Shown: in pieces, positions 44,649 through 59,383 of the stretch | How the letters are laid out: the number at the start of each line of letters is the position of its first letter | Position numbering within the stretch: position 1 is the first letter of the stretch | The notes under the pieces: model-generated | What the model saw: only the letters and a program-made list of their open reading frames with translations | What the model was told of the DNA's origin: nothing | The model's database searches: none | NCBI GenBank assembly: GCA_965202585.1 | Contig: OZ241834.1 | Coordinates: forward strand, 25,668,001-25,732,000 | Length of the DNA: 64,000 bases | Direction of reading: 5' to 3' | DNA from: Thalia democratica | Taxonomy: Eukaryota | Position numbers and translations under genes: made by a program

Positions 44649-45209
44649 TTATTTTTTGCAGCTCTTTTTCTTGGATGCTTTTTTGGCTGCCGGCTTCTTC
44701 TTGGTTACTTTCTTCTTCTTGCTTGCAGCTTTTTTAGATGCTGCCTTCTTAGGAGCGCACTTTTTAGCAGGTCGCTTTTTGGCTGCTGGTTTTTTTGCAG
44801 CCTTCTTGGGAGCACACTTCTTTTTTGGTTTTTTAGCTGGGGCCTTCTTTGCTGCTGGCTTTTTAGCTACTTTCTTTGTCCTCTTCTTGGGCCCAGCAGC
44901 TGGCATTGGAGCAAGCTTGAACGAGCCAGAAGCGCCTTTTCCAGTTGTCTGGAGAAAAGCACCTTTGGTCACGCCGCTGGTAAGTGCTCTCTTCAAGTGA
45001 GAATTGGAAGCTGTGAGGTCAAGCTTGTAGGTGTCCACGATAAACTTTTGTATCTTCTGGCGGGATGTACCTTTTCGTTCCTTCATTGCTCCAAGGGCAG
45101 AGCTAATCATTTCCCTGTAAGTAGGGTGCTCTGCCTTCTTGGCGCTTGGTCTCTTGGAAGACCTGGCTGCGGCTGGCGCTGGTACTGCTGCTACTGCTGT
45201 GGTAGACAT
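44649..45209 (-). CDS. H1: Histone H1, unit 7 (FIVDT variant)
   Basis: Translation. Confidence 0.95.
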   Translation of the reverse strand: MSTTAVAAVPAPAAARSSKRPSAKKAEHPTYREMISSALGAMKERKGTSRQKIQKFIVDTYKLDLTASNSHLKRALTSGVTKGAFLQTTGKGASGSFKLAPMPAAGPKKRTKKVAKKPAAKKAPAKKPKKKCAPKKAAKKPAAKKRPAKKCAPKKAASKKAASKKKKVTKKKPAAKKASKKKSCKK

Positions 45210-48200
45210 GATGAATGAATATTAAAGCGACCAAAACGATACTTGCAAGAGTTACTGACTGTGACGAATTGACTGTTGAGCAGTTATGCTTTGCAAGGTA
45301 CCTTTTACTTCTTAATATAAGCATTAGCATGTTTGTTTAAGACATATATGCTTATAAAAACTTAGTTGTCTTATTACGAATGTTGAAAAAGTTCCAGTAA
45401 GAAAGAAACCATATCTAACTTGTTCTAAAAGTAATTTTTTTTAAAGCATTAGTTTGAAAAGTCCAGAAATAACAGCCTGTATCTTACAGCACACCTCTAA
45501 ATACATTAAGAAAAACATAAATGAAACAAAACATGTTAACACACTTCCGACTGAGTTTTCCTTTGCCGCTCACCTAAAGTAATAAAGTTTTAACAAAGCA
45601 CAAGGTTTTTTTTACCTCAAACTTAAACAAAATTTCATTATTTCGATTTCATGGAGTTTTGTTAATCGTAAGTTCTATCAAGTATGTTCAAGTTAATTAC
45701 AGTTTAAACTAATGTGTAAAAAGTAATTCCAAAAGAATAAAAGAGTTCATTTTGTTTAGCTTTACTAGTTATGATTACTCATAATCAATATACTCATAAG
45801 CAATGTACTCAAAACTTTTATTAAACAGACAACTAGATAACTTTGTTCTTGCACATACTAGTAACTTACCTTACAACAAAGTTTTCCAAACAACCTTTCA
45901 AAAACGTGCTGTACAGTAACTATGATGATACTTGTTTGAAAGTTGTAAACTATATTTAAACACAAATTTTATTTTTCAGTGTATATGAAAAACTAGTTTA
46001 ACAGGTAAGTAGTTTAACATTCAATTAGTGTTTCAAACAACTGATTCAAGCTGTTATACAGTTTAAAAAATAACTGATGCAATTTTGCTCGTTAAACTTA
46101 AACCTTGATCAAACTAAGAACTTAAACTTTGCAGATTTCAACCGAATAAAGTGTGCTGATAAAAGTGAACAAATGGATTTGGTTGTAAATTTTTCAAACA
46201 AAATAAAGTTAATTAAATTCAAAGAAGTAAATAAGTCGAAAAAGCTTATGAACACTAGAACTAAATTTGAACAAAAGCTGATATTTTGGACGAAAAATTT
46301 TACGTAAAAAAAGAGGTTGGTTTATTTTTTAAGCAGCATTATATACAAAACAAAATCGAGTAAGAAAATCGAAATGAAAAAGTTTTGAAATAAGATTGAC
46401 AAACTTAGTGTTTGAATAAGGCTTTGTTTACAATTAGCACTCATAACCTTTCAATCTATCTTTGAAACTTTTTAACTGGAAAATAATGCAGTTAAGTTTT
46501 TTTTCAAACTTTGTTTTGTCACTTCTCATAAATTTAAAGTCAGTCGAAACAACATAGAACAACTTAGTACTGTCTTTTAAAGTTTACGATTGAAGTGTTT
46601 ACCAAGTTAAACATGTGTTTTAACTGCTTTACTGCTAATAGTAATTTCCTAGTTTACTCAACCTAGATTAATCATAATGTTCTGTACCATTGATTTCATT
46701 GACTAAATTTCATGATTTCATTGCTTTTCAAAATTCGTAACTAGTTATCTCTAACTTACTGTCAATGTAGTTGAAAACACAACTTAGGATAAGTTACATT
46801 TTATTCTCGGATGTCGTTAAGAACATAGCTGTTGTAGCAATAACATATAAACTTGAAACAAAGTAACTGTTATCTTATTCAATTATAGACCATATAAAAC
46901 AAAGTATTTGCTTGATTCAAAGTTTTACGTTGTTGTTTGCCTATTATGGAACTTGTACTATCACATAATAAGCTGTGAAAAAATGAAGGTTAAAAAAGTT
47001 TTGGTTTTGCTTTGTCCAGTTTTTTCTTCTTCTTTAGATTTATAAAACTACACAGCTTAAAGCAACAAGTTACAGTAATTTTAGTTTTCTTATGTATAGC
47101 GTACATAACAGTAACAAGCAAATAAGTTTTTTACTTCTTTTCTTTGCATCATGTTTCAGCTAATCAATTGGTTTATTTCATATGCTTGACAAGATCAGAA
47201 AGCTTAAATCAACTAAGTAGATGTAAGCTTTGTAAAATAAAAGATTTATTTATACAAGTTCATCATTTTATTAAGATATTTTGTTGTGTAAATTGTGTAC
47301 TTGTTAATAGTGTTCTCTTTCTTTTGAACAATCGATGTTGTTTACATTTATGTGTTACATCAGTTTTGAAATAGTTTCAGTTGTAATTTAATCGTAATTG
47401 AACAGTATTTTTTAAGGACACTAAACATTGTTTGTTATTAACAGTTTAAAACGTTTTCAGTTAATAAGTCAAAGTTTTATTTCTATTTCTGTTTAAGCGT
47501 ACTATTTTCATTGAAAAATATAACTAGTTTTTACAGTGACGTAGGCACAGCTTTTTTAAATAAACTAAAAAACAAATGAAATATTGAATTTAAAAAATTT
47601 CCACAAAGTAAGCATGAATGAGAATAAGTTTTGTTTTGAAAATAAAGTTAAAAGGAAAAAGTCTACGAAAAAGACACTCAAGTTAGTTAAAGCTTTTCAC
47701 TAAGCACTCATTAATAGTAAGCAATAAAGTAAGGATTAGAGCAGTTATCTAGCTAGAGTTCCCTTCTTAACAGTTGCATAAAAAAAAGTAAAGTAGAGAA
47801 ATTGTAGCAAGCTAGGTATTTAATAAATAATGGGTTTATAGTTTGGAGGGAAATAGTTTTTTGATTCTTTTTCACCACAAAGTTGATTAAGTGTGTGTAT
47901 TTGTGTTGTTGAGTTTAGTAGTCATTAGTAGCTTGTGTAATTAATTGGTGATCCACCTAATCTTTAGATTCAAAAAGTACATAGCTTAAAACAAACAAGT
48001 ACAGTCGTTTTAAGTTGTCTCAAACATAGTTTAAAAAAGAGTTACAAAAAATGGTAACAAGCTGTTCTTTTTTGCCTTTGAATCATTTCGTAACTTGTCA
48101 TAGCCACAGAAAAAAATGAGTCCAACAAAACAAGTATGAGCTTTGTAAAGAGAAAGATTATTTCAATTGTATGTTTGTTTTAAACAATCACTGTTGTTTA

Positions 48201-49112
48201 CATTAATTTGATTGTTCAACTTTTAAACAGATCTTTATTGTTTCATTTGCATTCTGATAAATAAGACTAATACACTTTTGACAATCAAACCTCCGTTAAA
48301 TAACTACCATTGAGTATTTTTAATATCAATGCAAAGTAAAGTTTAATATAAGTCTCATTTAATATAATGTCTTATTAAAGCATAAATTTTTATGTAGTGA
48401 CAGATCATTGTTTTTTTAATTAAACTAACAACAAATATCTATTTAGTGTTTTTAAAACAAGTCTACAAAATAAAACGAATAAGAATGAGTTTTGTTTAAA
48501 CAATAAGTTAATTGTATTAATAAGAAATGTAAGTAATTGTAATAAGTAATGTATTCGTAACTTTTTTAAACGTGTTACATGTCTTCAATTGCAATTAAAT
48601 TGATAAGAAGAACATGTTCAAAAAGTTAAAGCTCGGTTGTGTTACTAATAATCAACAACAACAACTTAAAAATAAAGTCAAAACTAAGACTTTGCTTGTT
48701 ATAAGTGATATGAATTTTTGTTTAAGAAGATGATACTTTTTTGTAAGCACTTATTTATTGAACTTTTTAGCAGAACTTCAACAAATGAATAAAAGTCTAT
48801 TGATCTTACAGATGAAAAATCTTACGGACAACATAATCAAGTTAGCTAAACCTCTTTTACAAAGCATTTGATTACAAGCACTACTACTGTTTTTATCATA
48901 TTAGACTAATGCAATGCTTTTTATACAACATAACGAGTTACAAATTTATAAAGCATTTAAAACAATAAAAATAGTGTGTTTATTTAGTTGAATTTTTAAT
49001 TTACACAAATAAGAACTTATTTGTACTAAGCTTATATTCTTGTACTTTGAGTAAGCATGAACAGCTGTTTCTATTCTAATGGTGGTCCTAAAAAGGACCG
49101 GTTGTTGAGCGA

Positions 49113-49472
49113 TTATTTTGAGCTGGTGTATTTGGTAACAGCTTTAGTTCCTTCTGAAACTGCGTGCTTTGACAACTCGCCGGGGAGCAAGAGCCTGACA
49201 GCAGTTTGAATTTCGCGGCTGCTAACAGTTGACCTCTTGTTGTAATGAGCCAAACGTGAAGCCTCTGCTGCAATGCGCTCGAAGATGTCGTTGACAAATG
49301 AGTTCATGATTCCCATTGCCTTGCTGGAAATTCCGGTGTCGGGGTGCACTTGCTTCAAAACTTTGTACACGTAGATGCCGAAGCTTTCTTTGTTCCTCCT
49401 CCTTCGCTTCTTCTTGCCGTCGACCGGAGCGGTCTTGGCTACTGACTTCTTCGCGCCTTTGGTTGCTGTCAT
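49113..49472 (-). CDS. H2B: Histone H2B, unit 8
   Basis: Protein identical to unit 1. Confidence 0.97.
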   Translation of the reverse strand: MTATKGAKKSVAKTAPVDGKKKRRRRNKESFGIYVYKVLKQVHPDTGISSKAMGIMNSFVNDIFERIAAEASRLAHYNKRSTVSSREIQTAVRLLLPGELSKHAVSEGTKAVTKYTSSK

Positions 49473-49637
49473 GATGATGTGTGGACTTCTATCTCGGCGC
49501 CAGTTTATATGCTGAAAAATTATGCAAATTAGCATAGTTCCGTACGCGAACGATAGCTGGTTTCTCTCACTTCACAATTCTCTCGTTTGTTGTAAATATT
49601 TTTGGTGGTCCTGAAAAGGACCTGGTTTTTTTCTAAC

Positions 49638-50018
49638 TTAGGCTGACTTTTTTGAAGCGGTCTTCTTAGGCAATAGTACTGCCTGGATGTTTGGAAGAAC
49701 ACCACCTTGAGCAATTGTGACGCCTCCGAGAAGTTTGTTCAACTCTTCGTCGTTGCGAATAGCTAGTTGCAAATGGCGAGGAATGATCCTGCTTTTCTTG
49801 TTGTCACGAGCAGCGTTACCGGCAAGCTCGAGCACTTCTGCGCTCAAGTACTCGAGAACGGCAGCCAGATAAACTGGAGCACCAGCTCCGACTCTTTGGC
49901 TGTAGTTGCCGGTGCGCAACAGGCGGTGCACGCGACCGACTGGAAACTGCAGTCCTGCACGGGAAGACCTGCTCTTCGGCTTAGATTTGAGTTTTGATCC
50001 TTTACCACGTCCTGACAT
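49638..50018 (-). CDS. H2A: Histone H2A, unit 8
   Basis: Protein identical to unit 1. Confidence 0.97.
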   Translation of the reverse strand: MSGRGKGSKLKSKPKSRSSRAGLQFPVGRVHRLLRTGNYSQRVGAGAPVYLAAVLEYLSAEVLELAGNAARDNKKSRIIPRHLQLAIRNDEELNKLLGGVTIAQGGVLPNIQAVLLPKKTASKKSA

Positions 50019-50199
50019 TTTGTTGTTCGAATGATTGTGATGATAGCTTGCACAGCTCAACATAAAACTCATACCTAACCGCGTCGAACGAAAAACTAAT
50101 TTGCATATGTCATAGCTAATGCTTAATCTGGTCAAAAGTTTTGTAAAATTTTATTTTGACTTAGGTGGTCCTAAAAAGGACCGGGTTTGCTAAAAGCGA

Positions 50200-50492
<293 letters not shown>

Positions 50493-50679
50493 GTTGTTGA
50501 ATATACTTATTTCGTCAGTGCGTCGAGTTTATATACAAGCTGTTACGGACGCGTACGGTTACTACTAACTAATTTGCATACTCAAAAAGTCTCTTAACTT
50601 ACATTTTTTCGTTCGGTTAAGTTTTTCTCACTGTCAAAGTTTTAAGGTGGCCCTGAAAAGGACCGGTTTTAGCTAACGC

Positions 50680-51171
<492 letters not shown>

Positions 51172-51271
51172 CTAATTTGCATATTTTCAACTTAGCATCG
51201 TTCTATGCATTTTGAGCTGCGTTATATTTTGTTTGAGTGGTCCTGAAAAGGACCTTGGGTAAAAGAACAAC

Positions 51272-51824
51272 TTATTTTTTGCAGCTCTTCTTCTTGGATG
51301 CTTTTTTGGCTGCCGGCTTCTTCTTGGTTACTTTCTTCTTCTTGCTTGCAGCTTTTTTAGATGCTGCCTTCTTAGGAGCGCACTTTTTAGCAGGTCGCTT
51401 TTTGGCTGCTGGTTTTTTTGCAGCCTTCTTGGGAGCACACTTCTTTTTTGGTTTTTTAGCTGCGGCCTTCTTTGCTGCTGGTTTTTTAGCTACTTTTTTT
51501 GTCCTCTTCTTGGGCCCAGCAGCTGGCATTGGAGCAAGCTTGAACGAGCCGGAAGCTCCTTTTCCAGTTGTCTGGAGAAAAGCACCTTTGGTCACGCCGC
51601 TGGTAAGTGCTCTCTTCAAGTGAGAATTGGAAGCTGTGAGGTCAAGCTTGTAGGTGTCCGCGATAAACTTTTGTATCTTCTGGCGGGATGTACCTTTTCG
51701 TTCCTTCATTGCTCCAAGGGCAGAGCTAATCATTTCCCTGTAAGTAGGGTGCTCTGCCTTCTTGGCGCTTGGAAGACCTGGCTGCGGCTGGCGCTGGTAC
51801 TGCTGCTACTGCTGTGGTAGACAT
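51272..51824 (-). pseudogene. H1: Histone H1, unit 8, frameshifted by an 8-bp deletion near codon 19-21
   Basis: Span is 553 bp instead of 561; GGTCTCTT lost between two CTTGG copies near 51770; an in-frame downstream ATG (51733) gives a 153-aa remnant. Confidence 0.88.
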
Positions 51825-54800
51825 GATGAATGAATATTAAAGCGACCAAAACGATACTTGCAAGAGTTACTGACTGTGACGAATTGACTGTTGAGCAGTT
51901 ATGCTTTGCAAGGTACCTTTTACTTCTTAATATAAGCATTAGCATGTTTGTTTAAGACATATATGCTTATAAAAACTTAGTTGTCTTATTACGAATGTTG
52001 AAAAAGTTCCAGTAAGAAAGAAACCATATCTAACTTGTTCTAAAAGTAATTTTTTTAAAAGAACTAGTTTGAAAAGTCCAGAAATAATAGCCTGTATCTT
52101 ACAGCACACCTCTAAATACATTAAGAAAAACATAAATGAAACAAAACATGTTAACACACTTCCGACTGAGTTTTCCTTTGCCGCTCACCTAAAGTAATAA
52201 AGTTTTAACAAAGCATAAGGTTTTTTTTTACCTCAAACTTAAACAAAATTTCATTATTTCGATTTCATGGAGTTTTGTTAATCGTAAGTTCTATCAAGTA
52301 TGTTCAAGTTAATTACAGTTTAAACTAATGTGTAAAAAGTAATTCCGAAAGAATAAAAGTGTTCATTTTTTTTAGCTTTACTGCTTATGATTACTCATAA
52401 GCAATGTACTCAAAACTTTTGTTAAACAGACAACTAGATAACTTTGTTCTTGCACATACTAGTAACTTACCTTACAACAATGTTTTCCAAACAACATTTC
52501 AAAAACGTGCTGTACAGTAACTATGATGATACTTGTTTGAAAGTTGTAAACTACATTTAAACACAAATTTTATTTTTCAGTGTATATGAAAAACTAGTTT
52601 AACAGGTAAGTAGTTTAACATTCAATTAGTGTTTCAAACAACTGATTCAAGCTGTTATACAGTTTAAAAAATAACTGATGCAATTTTGCTCGTTAAACTT
52701 AAACCTTGATCAAACTAAGAACTTTAACTTTGCAGATTTCAACCGAATAAAGTGTGCTGATAAAAGTGAACAAATGGATTTGGTTGTAAATTTTCCAAAC
52801 AAAATAAAGTAAATTAAATTCAAAGAAGTAAATAAGTCGAAAAAGCTTATGAACACTAGCACTAAATTTGAACTTTAACAAAAGCTGATACCTTTTGGAT
52901 GAAAAATTTCACGTAAAAAAAGAGGTTGGTTTATTTTTTAAGCAGCATTATATACAAAATAAAATCGAGTAAGAAAATCGAAATGAAAACGTTTTGAAAT
53001 AAGATTGACAAACTTGGTGTTTGAATAAAGCTTTGTTTACAATCAGCACTCATAACCTTTCAATCTATCTTTGAAACTTTTTAACTGGAAAATAATGCAA
53101 TTAAGTTTTTTTTTCAAACTTTGTTTTGTCACTTCTCATAAATTTAAAGTCAGTCGAAACAACATAGAACAACTTACTACTTGTACTGTTTTTTAAAGTT
53201 TACGATTGAAGTGTTTACCAAGTTAAACATGTGTTTTAACTGCTTTACTGCTAATAGTGATTTCCTAGTTTACTCAACCTAGATTAATCATAATGTTCTG
53301 TACCATTGATTTCATTGACTAAATGTTTTGCTTTTCAAAATTCGTAACTAGTTATCTCTAACTTACTGTTAATGTAGTTAAAAACACAGCTTAGGATAAG
53401 TTACATTTTATTCTCGGATGTCGTTAAGAACATAGCTGTTGTAGCAATAACATATAAACTTGAAACAAAGTAACTGTTATCTTATTCAATTATAGACCAT
53501 ATAAAACAAAGTATTTGCTTGATTCAAAGTTTTACATTGTTGTTTGCCTATTATGGAACTTGTACCGTCACATAATAAGCTGTAAAAAAATGAAGGCTAA
53601 AAAAGTTTTGGTTTTGCTTTGTCCAGTTTTTTCTTCTTCTTTAGATTTATAAAAACTACACAGCTTAAAGCAACAAGTTACAGTAATTTTAGTTTACTTA
53701 TGTATAGCGTACATAAGGGTAACAAACAAGTGGTAACAAGTTTTTTACTTCTTTTCTTTGTACCATGTTTTAGCTAATCAATTGGTTTATTTCATATGCT
53801 TGACAAGATTAGAAAGCTTAAATCAAGTAAGTAGATGTAAGCTTTGTAAAATAAAAGATTTATTTATACAAGTTCATCATTTTATTAAGGTATTTTGTTT
53901 TGTAAATTGTGTACTTGTTAATAGTGTTCTCTTCTTAACAATCGATGTTGTTTACATTTATGTGTTACACCAGTTTTGAATTGTTAAGCATGTTTCAGTT
54001 GTAGTTTAATTGTAATTGAACAGCATTTTTTAAGGACACTAAACATTGTTTGTTATTAACAGTTTAAAACGTTTTCAGTTAATAAGTCAAAGTTTTGTTT
54101 TTATTTCTGTTTAAGCGTACTATTTTCATTGAAAAATACAAATAGATTTTACAGTGACGTAGGCACAGTATTTTTTTAATAAACTAAAAAACAAATGAAA
54201 TATTGAATTAAAAAATGTCCACAAAGTTAATGAGAATAAGTTTTATTTGAAAAAGAAAGTTAAAAGGAAAAAGGCCACGAAAAAGACACTCAAGTTAGTT
54301 AAAGCTTTTCACTAAGCATTCGATAATAGTAAGCAATAAAGTAAGGATTAGAGCAGTTATCTAGCTAGAGTTCCCTTCTTAACAGTTGCATAAAAAAAGT
54401 ATAGTAGAGAAATTTGGCAAGCTAGGTATTTAATAAATAATGGGTTTTATAATTTGGAAGGAAATATGTTTTTGATTCTTTATCACCACAAAGTTGATAA
54501 AGTATGTTTATTTGTGTTGTTGAGTTTAGTAGTCATTAGTAGCTTGTGTAATTAATTGGTGATCCACCTAATCTTTAGATTTAAAAAGTACATAGCTTAA
54601 AACAAACAAGTATCGTCGTTTTGAGTTGTCTCATACATAGTTTAAAAAAGAGTTACAAAAAATTGTAACAAGCTGTTCTTTTTTACCGTGGAATCATTTT
54701 GTAATTTGTCATAGCCACAGAAAAAATGAGTTCAACAAAACAAGTATGAGCTTTGTAAGCAGAAAGATTATTTCAATTGTATGTTTGTTTTAAACAATCA

Positions 54801-54928
54801 CTGTTGTCTACATTAGTTTGACTGTTCAACTTTTAAACAGTTTTTTATTGTTTCATTTGCATTCTGATAAATAAAACTAATACTTATTTGACAATCAGAC
54901 CTTAAATAAATATCATTGAGCATTTTTA

Positions 54929-55384
54929 GTATCAACGCAAAGTAAATTTTTCTTCTCATTTAATATAATGTCTTATTTAAGCATAAATTTTTGTTTAGTG
55001 ACAGATTGATTTTTTTATTAAACTAACAACAAATATCTATTGAGTGTTTGAAAAACAAGTTTACAAAGTAAAATGAACTAGTATCAACGCAAAGTAAATT
55101 TTTCTTCTCATTTAATATAATGTCTTATTTAAGCATAAATTTTTATTTAGTGACAGATTGATTTTTTTATTAAACTAACAACAAATATCTATTGAGTGTT
55201 TGAAAAACAAGTTTACAAAGTAAAATGAACTAGTATCAACGCAAAGTAAATTTTTCTTCTCATTTAATATAATGTCTTATTTAAGCATAAATTTTTATTT
55301 AGTGACAGATTGATTTTTTTATTAAACTAACAACAAATATCTATTGAGTGTTTGAAAAACAAGTTTACAAAGTAAAATGAACTA
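54929..55384. repeat. Three near-identical tandem copies of a 152-bp spacer segment
   Basis: GTATCAACGC... starts at 54929, 55081 and 55233; single copy in other long spacers. Confidence 0.93.
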
Positions 55385-56633
55385 GAATAAGTTTTGTTTA
55401 AACAATAAGTTAAACAAGAAAATTCCCACTAAAAAACATTTTTACCTAACATTTAAATACTAGTGAAGCAGAAAAACTTATTCTACATTATCAAAAGTAG
55501 TTTAAAATGTCAAGTAGAACTACAAAAAATAAAATAAGTGTAACTAACTAGTAGAAATAAAAACAGAGAAATTCAGTTTTAGAAAGTTTATTTAGAAGTT
55601 ATTGAAATACACTAACTGTTAATTTTTACCAACACGCACAATGTAGATATAAATTTGTACATTTTTTGTCGCTTAGTTTAAGCTTGTTTGACACTGTTTA
55701 CTCGACATTAGTCGCTGCTTAAATCAACTGGTGGTCCTGATTACTTTAGATATGTAGAAACATAACTTTCAACAAACTACTAGAGTTGTTAAAGGTCAGT
55801 AAGTTGTCTCATATCTAGTTAAAACAAGTACCTTTTACTTTGAAAACTAGAATAATAAATTACTTAAAAAAGTACAAGCAGTTACTTTTTTGTGTTTTAC
55901 CAAGTTTCAACCAATGAGCTGGTTTGTTTTGTGTGTTTATGTTTTGAATTGAAAATGTTTCTTGAATATGCTAAACAGAAGTTAGCTTTGAAAGAAGGAA
56001 TATGTTGTTTTACTTGAAAAACACATCTGTAATTTTTGTTTTGAACAACCATTTTTGTATTCATTTATGTATTCGTAACTTTTTAAAACGTGTTACATGG
56101 CTTCAATTGCAGTTAAGTTGATAAGAAGAACTCGTTTAAAAAGTTAAAGCTCGGTTGTGTTACTAATAATCAACAACAACTTAAAATAAAGTTACAACTA
56201 AGTTTTTGCATGTTATAAGTGATATACATTTTTGTTTAAAAAGATGATACTTTTTTGTAAGCACTTATTTATTGAATGTTTCAACAGAACTTCAGCAAAT
56301 GAATAAAAACAAGTGTTTTGTACAAAAAGTATTCAGATGAAAAATCTTACGGACAACAAAATCAAGTTAGTTAAACATCTTTTACAAACCATTTGATTAC
56401 AAGCACTACTACTGTTTTTAGACTAATGCAATGCTTTTTCTACAATATAACGAGTTACAAGTTTATAAAGTATTTGAAACAAAAAAAAAAGTGTGTTCAT
56501 TCAAGTATATGAGTTTTTAATTTACACAAATAAGAACTTATTTGTACTAAGCTTATATTCTTGTACTTTAAGTAAACATGAACAGCTGGTTCTATTCAAA
56601 TGGTGGTCCTAAAAAGGACCGGTTGTTTAGCGT

Positions 56634-56993
56634 TTATTTTGAGCTGGTGTATTTGGTAACAGCTTTAGTTCCTTCTGAAACTGCGTGCTTTGACAACTCG
56701 CCGGGGAGCAAGAGCCTGACAGCAGTTTGAATTTCGCGGCTGCTAACAGTTGACCTCTTGTTGTAATGAGCCAAACGTGAAGCCTCTGCTGCAATGCGCT
56801 CGAAGATGTCGTTGACAAATGAGTTCATGATTCCCATTGCCTTGCTGGAAATTCCGGTGTCGGGGTGCACTTGCTTCAAAACTTTGTACACGTAGATGCC
56901 AAAGCTTTCTTTGTTCCTCCTCCTTCGCTTCTTCTTGCCGTCGACCGGAGCGGTCTTGGCTACTGACTTCTTCGCGCCTTTGGTTGCTGTCAT
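56634..56993 (-). CDS. H2B: Histone H2B, unit 9
   Basis: Protein identical to unit 1. Confidence 0.97.
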   Translation of the reverse strand: MTATKGAKKSVAKTAPVDGKKKRRRRNKESFGIYVYKVLKQVHPDTGISSKAMGIMNSFVNDIFERIAAEASRLAHYNKRSTVSSREIQTAVRLLLPGELSKHAVSEGTKAVTKYTSSK

Positions 56994-57158
56994 GATGATG
57001 TGTGGACTTCTGTCTCGGCGCCGGTTTATATGCTGTAAAATTATGCAAATTAGCATAGTTCCGTACGCGAACGATAGCTAGTTTCTCTCACTTCACAATT
57101 CTCTCGTTTGTTGTAAATATTTTTGGTGGTCCTGAAAAGGACCTGGTTTTTTTTTAAC

Positions 57159-57539
57159 TTAGGCTGACTTTTTTGAAGCGGTCTTCTTAGGCAATAGTAC
57201 TGCCTGGATGTTTGGAAGAACACCACCTTGAGCAATTGTGACGCCGCCGAGAAGTTTGTTCAACTCTTCGTCGTTGCGAATAGCTAGTTGCAAATGGCGA
57301 GGAATGATCCTGCTTTTCTTGTTGTCACGAGCAGCGTTACCGGCAAGCTCGAGCACTTCTGCGCTCAAGTACTCGAGAACGGCAGCCAGATAAACTGGAG
57401 CACCAGCTCCGACTCTTTGGCTGTAGTTGCCGGTGCGCAACAGGCGGTGCACGCGACCGACTGGAAACTGCAGTCCTGCACGGGAAGACCTGCTCTTCGG
57501 CTTAGATTTGAGTTTTGATCCTTTACCACGTCCTGACAT
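57159..57539 (-). CDS. H2A: Histone H2A, unit 9
   Basis: Protein identical to unit 1. Confidence 0.97.
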   Translation of the reverse strand: MSGRGKGSKLKSKPKSRSSRAGLQFPVGRVHRLLRTGNYSQRVGAGAPVYLAAVLEYLSAEVLELAGNAARDNKKSRIIPRHLQLAIRNDEELNKLLGGVTIAQGGVLPNIQAVLLPKKTASKKSA

Positions 57540-57711
57540 TTTGTTGTTCGAATGATTGTGATGATAGCTTGCACAGCTCAACATAAAACTCATACCTAAC
57601 CGCGTCGAACAAAAAACTAATTTGCATATGTCATAGCTAATGCTTAATCTTGTCAGAAATGTTGTAAAACTTTTATATTGAATTAGGTGGTCCTAAAAAG
57701 GACCGGGTTTG

Positions 57712-58068
<357 letters not shown>

Positions 58069-58230
58069 TTATATACAAGCTGTTACGGACGCGTACGGTT
58101 ACTACTAACTAATTTGCATACTCAAAAAGTCTCTTAACTTACATTTAAGTTAAGTTATTTCGTTTGGTCAAGTTTTTCTCACTGTCAAAGTTTTAAGGTG
58201 GCCCTGAAAAGGACCGGTTTTAGCTAACGC

Positions 58231-58722
<492 letters not shown>

Positions 58723-58822
58723 CTAATTTGCATATTTTCAACTTAGCATTGTTTTATGCATTTTGAGTTACGTTATATTTTGTTTGAGTGGTCCTGAAAA
58801 GGACCTTGGGTAAAAGAACAAC

Positions 58823-59383
58823 TTATTTTTTACAGCTCTTCTTCTTGGATGCTTTTTTGGCTGCCGGCTTCTTCTTGGTTACTTTCTTCTTCTTGCTTGC
58901 AGCTTTTTTAGATGCTGCCTTCTTAGGAGCGCACTTTTTAGCAGGTCGCTTTTTGGCTGCTGGTTTTTTTGCAGCCTTCTTGGGAGCACACTTCTTTTTT
59001 GGTTTTTTAGCTGGGGCCTTCTTTGCTGCTGGCTTTTTAGCTACTTTCTTTGTCCTCTTCTTGGGCCCAGCAGCTGGCATTGGAGCAAGCTTGAACGAGC
59101 CAGAAGCGCCTTTTCCAGTTGTCTGGAGAAAAGCACCTTTGGTCACGCCGCTGGTAAGTGCTCTCTTCAAGTGAGAATTGGAAGCTGTGAGGTCAAGCTT
59201 GTAGGTGTCCGCGATATACTTTTGTATCTTCTGGCGGGATGTACCTTTTCGTTCCTTCATTGCTCCAAGGGCAGAGCTAATCATTTCCCTGTAAGTAGGG
59301 TGCTCTGCCTTCTTGGCGCTTGGTCTCTTTGAAGACCTGGCTGCGGCTGGCGCTGGTACTGCTGCTACTGCTGTGGTAGACAT
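58823..59383 (-). CDS. H1: Histone H1, unit 9 (KYIAD variant)
   Basis: Translation. Confidence 0.95.
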   Translation of the reverse strand: MSTTAVAAVPAPAAARSSKRPSAKKAEHPTYREMISSALGAMKERKGTSRQKIQKYIADTYKLDLTASNSHLKRALTSGVTKGAFLQTTGKGASGSFKLAPMPAAGPKKRTKKVAKKPAAKKAPAKKPKKKCAPKKAAKKPAAKKRPAKKCAPKKAASKKAASKKKKVTKKKPAAKKASKKKSCKK

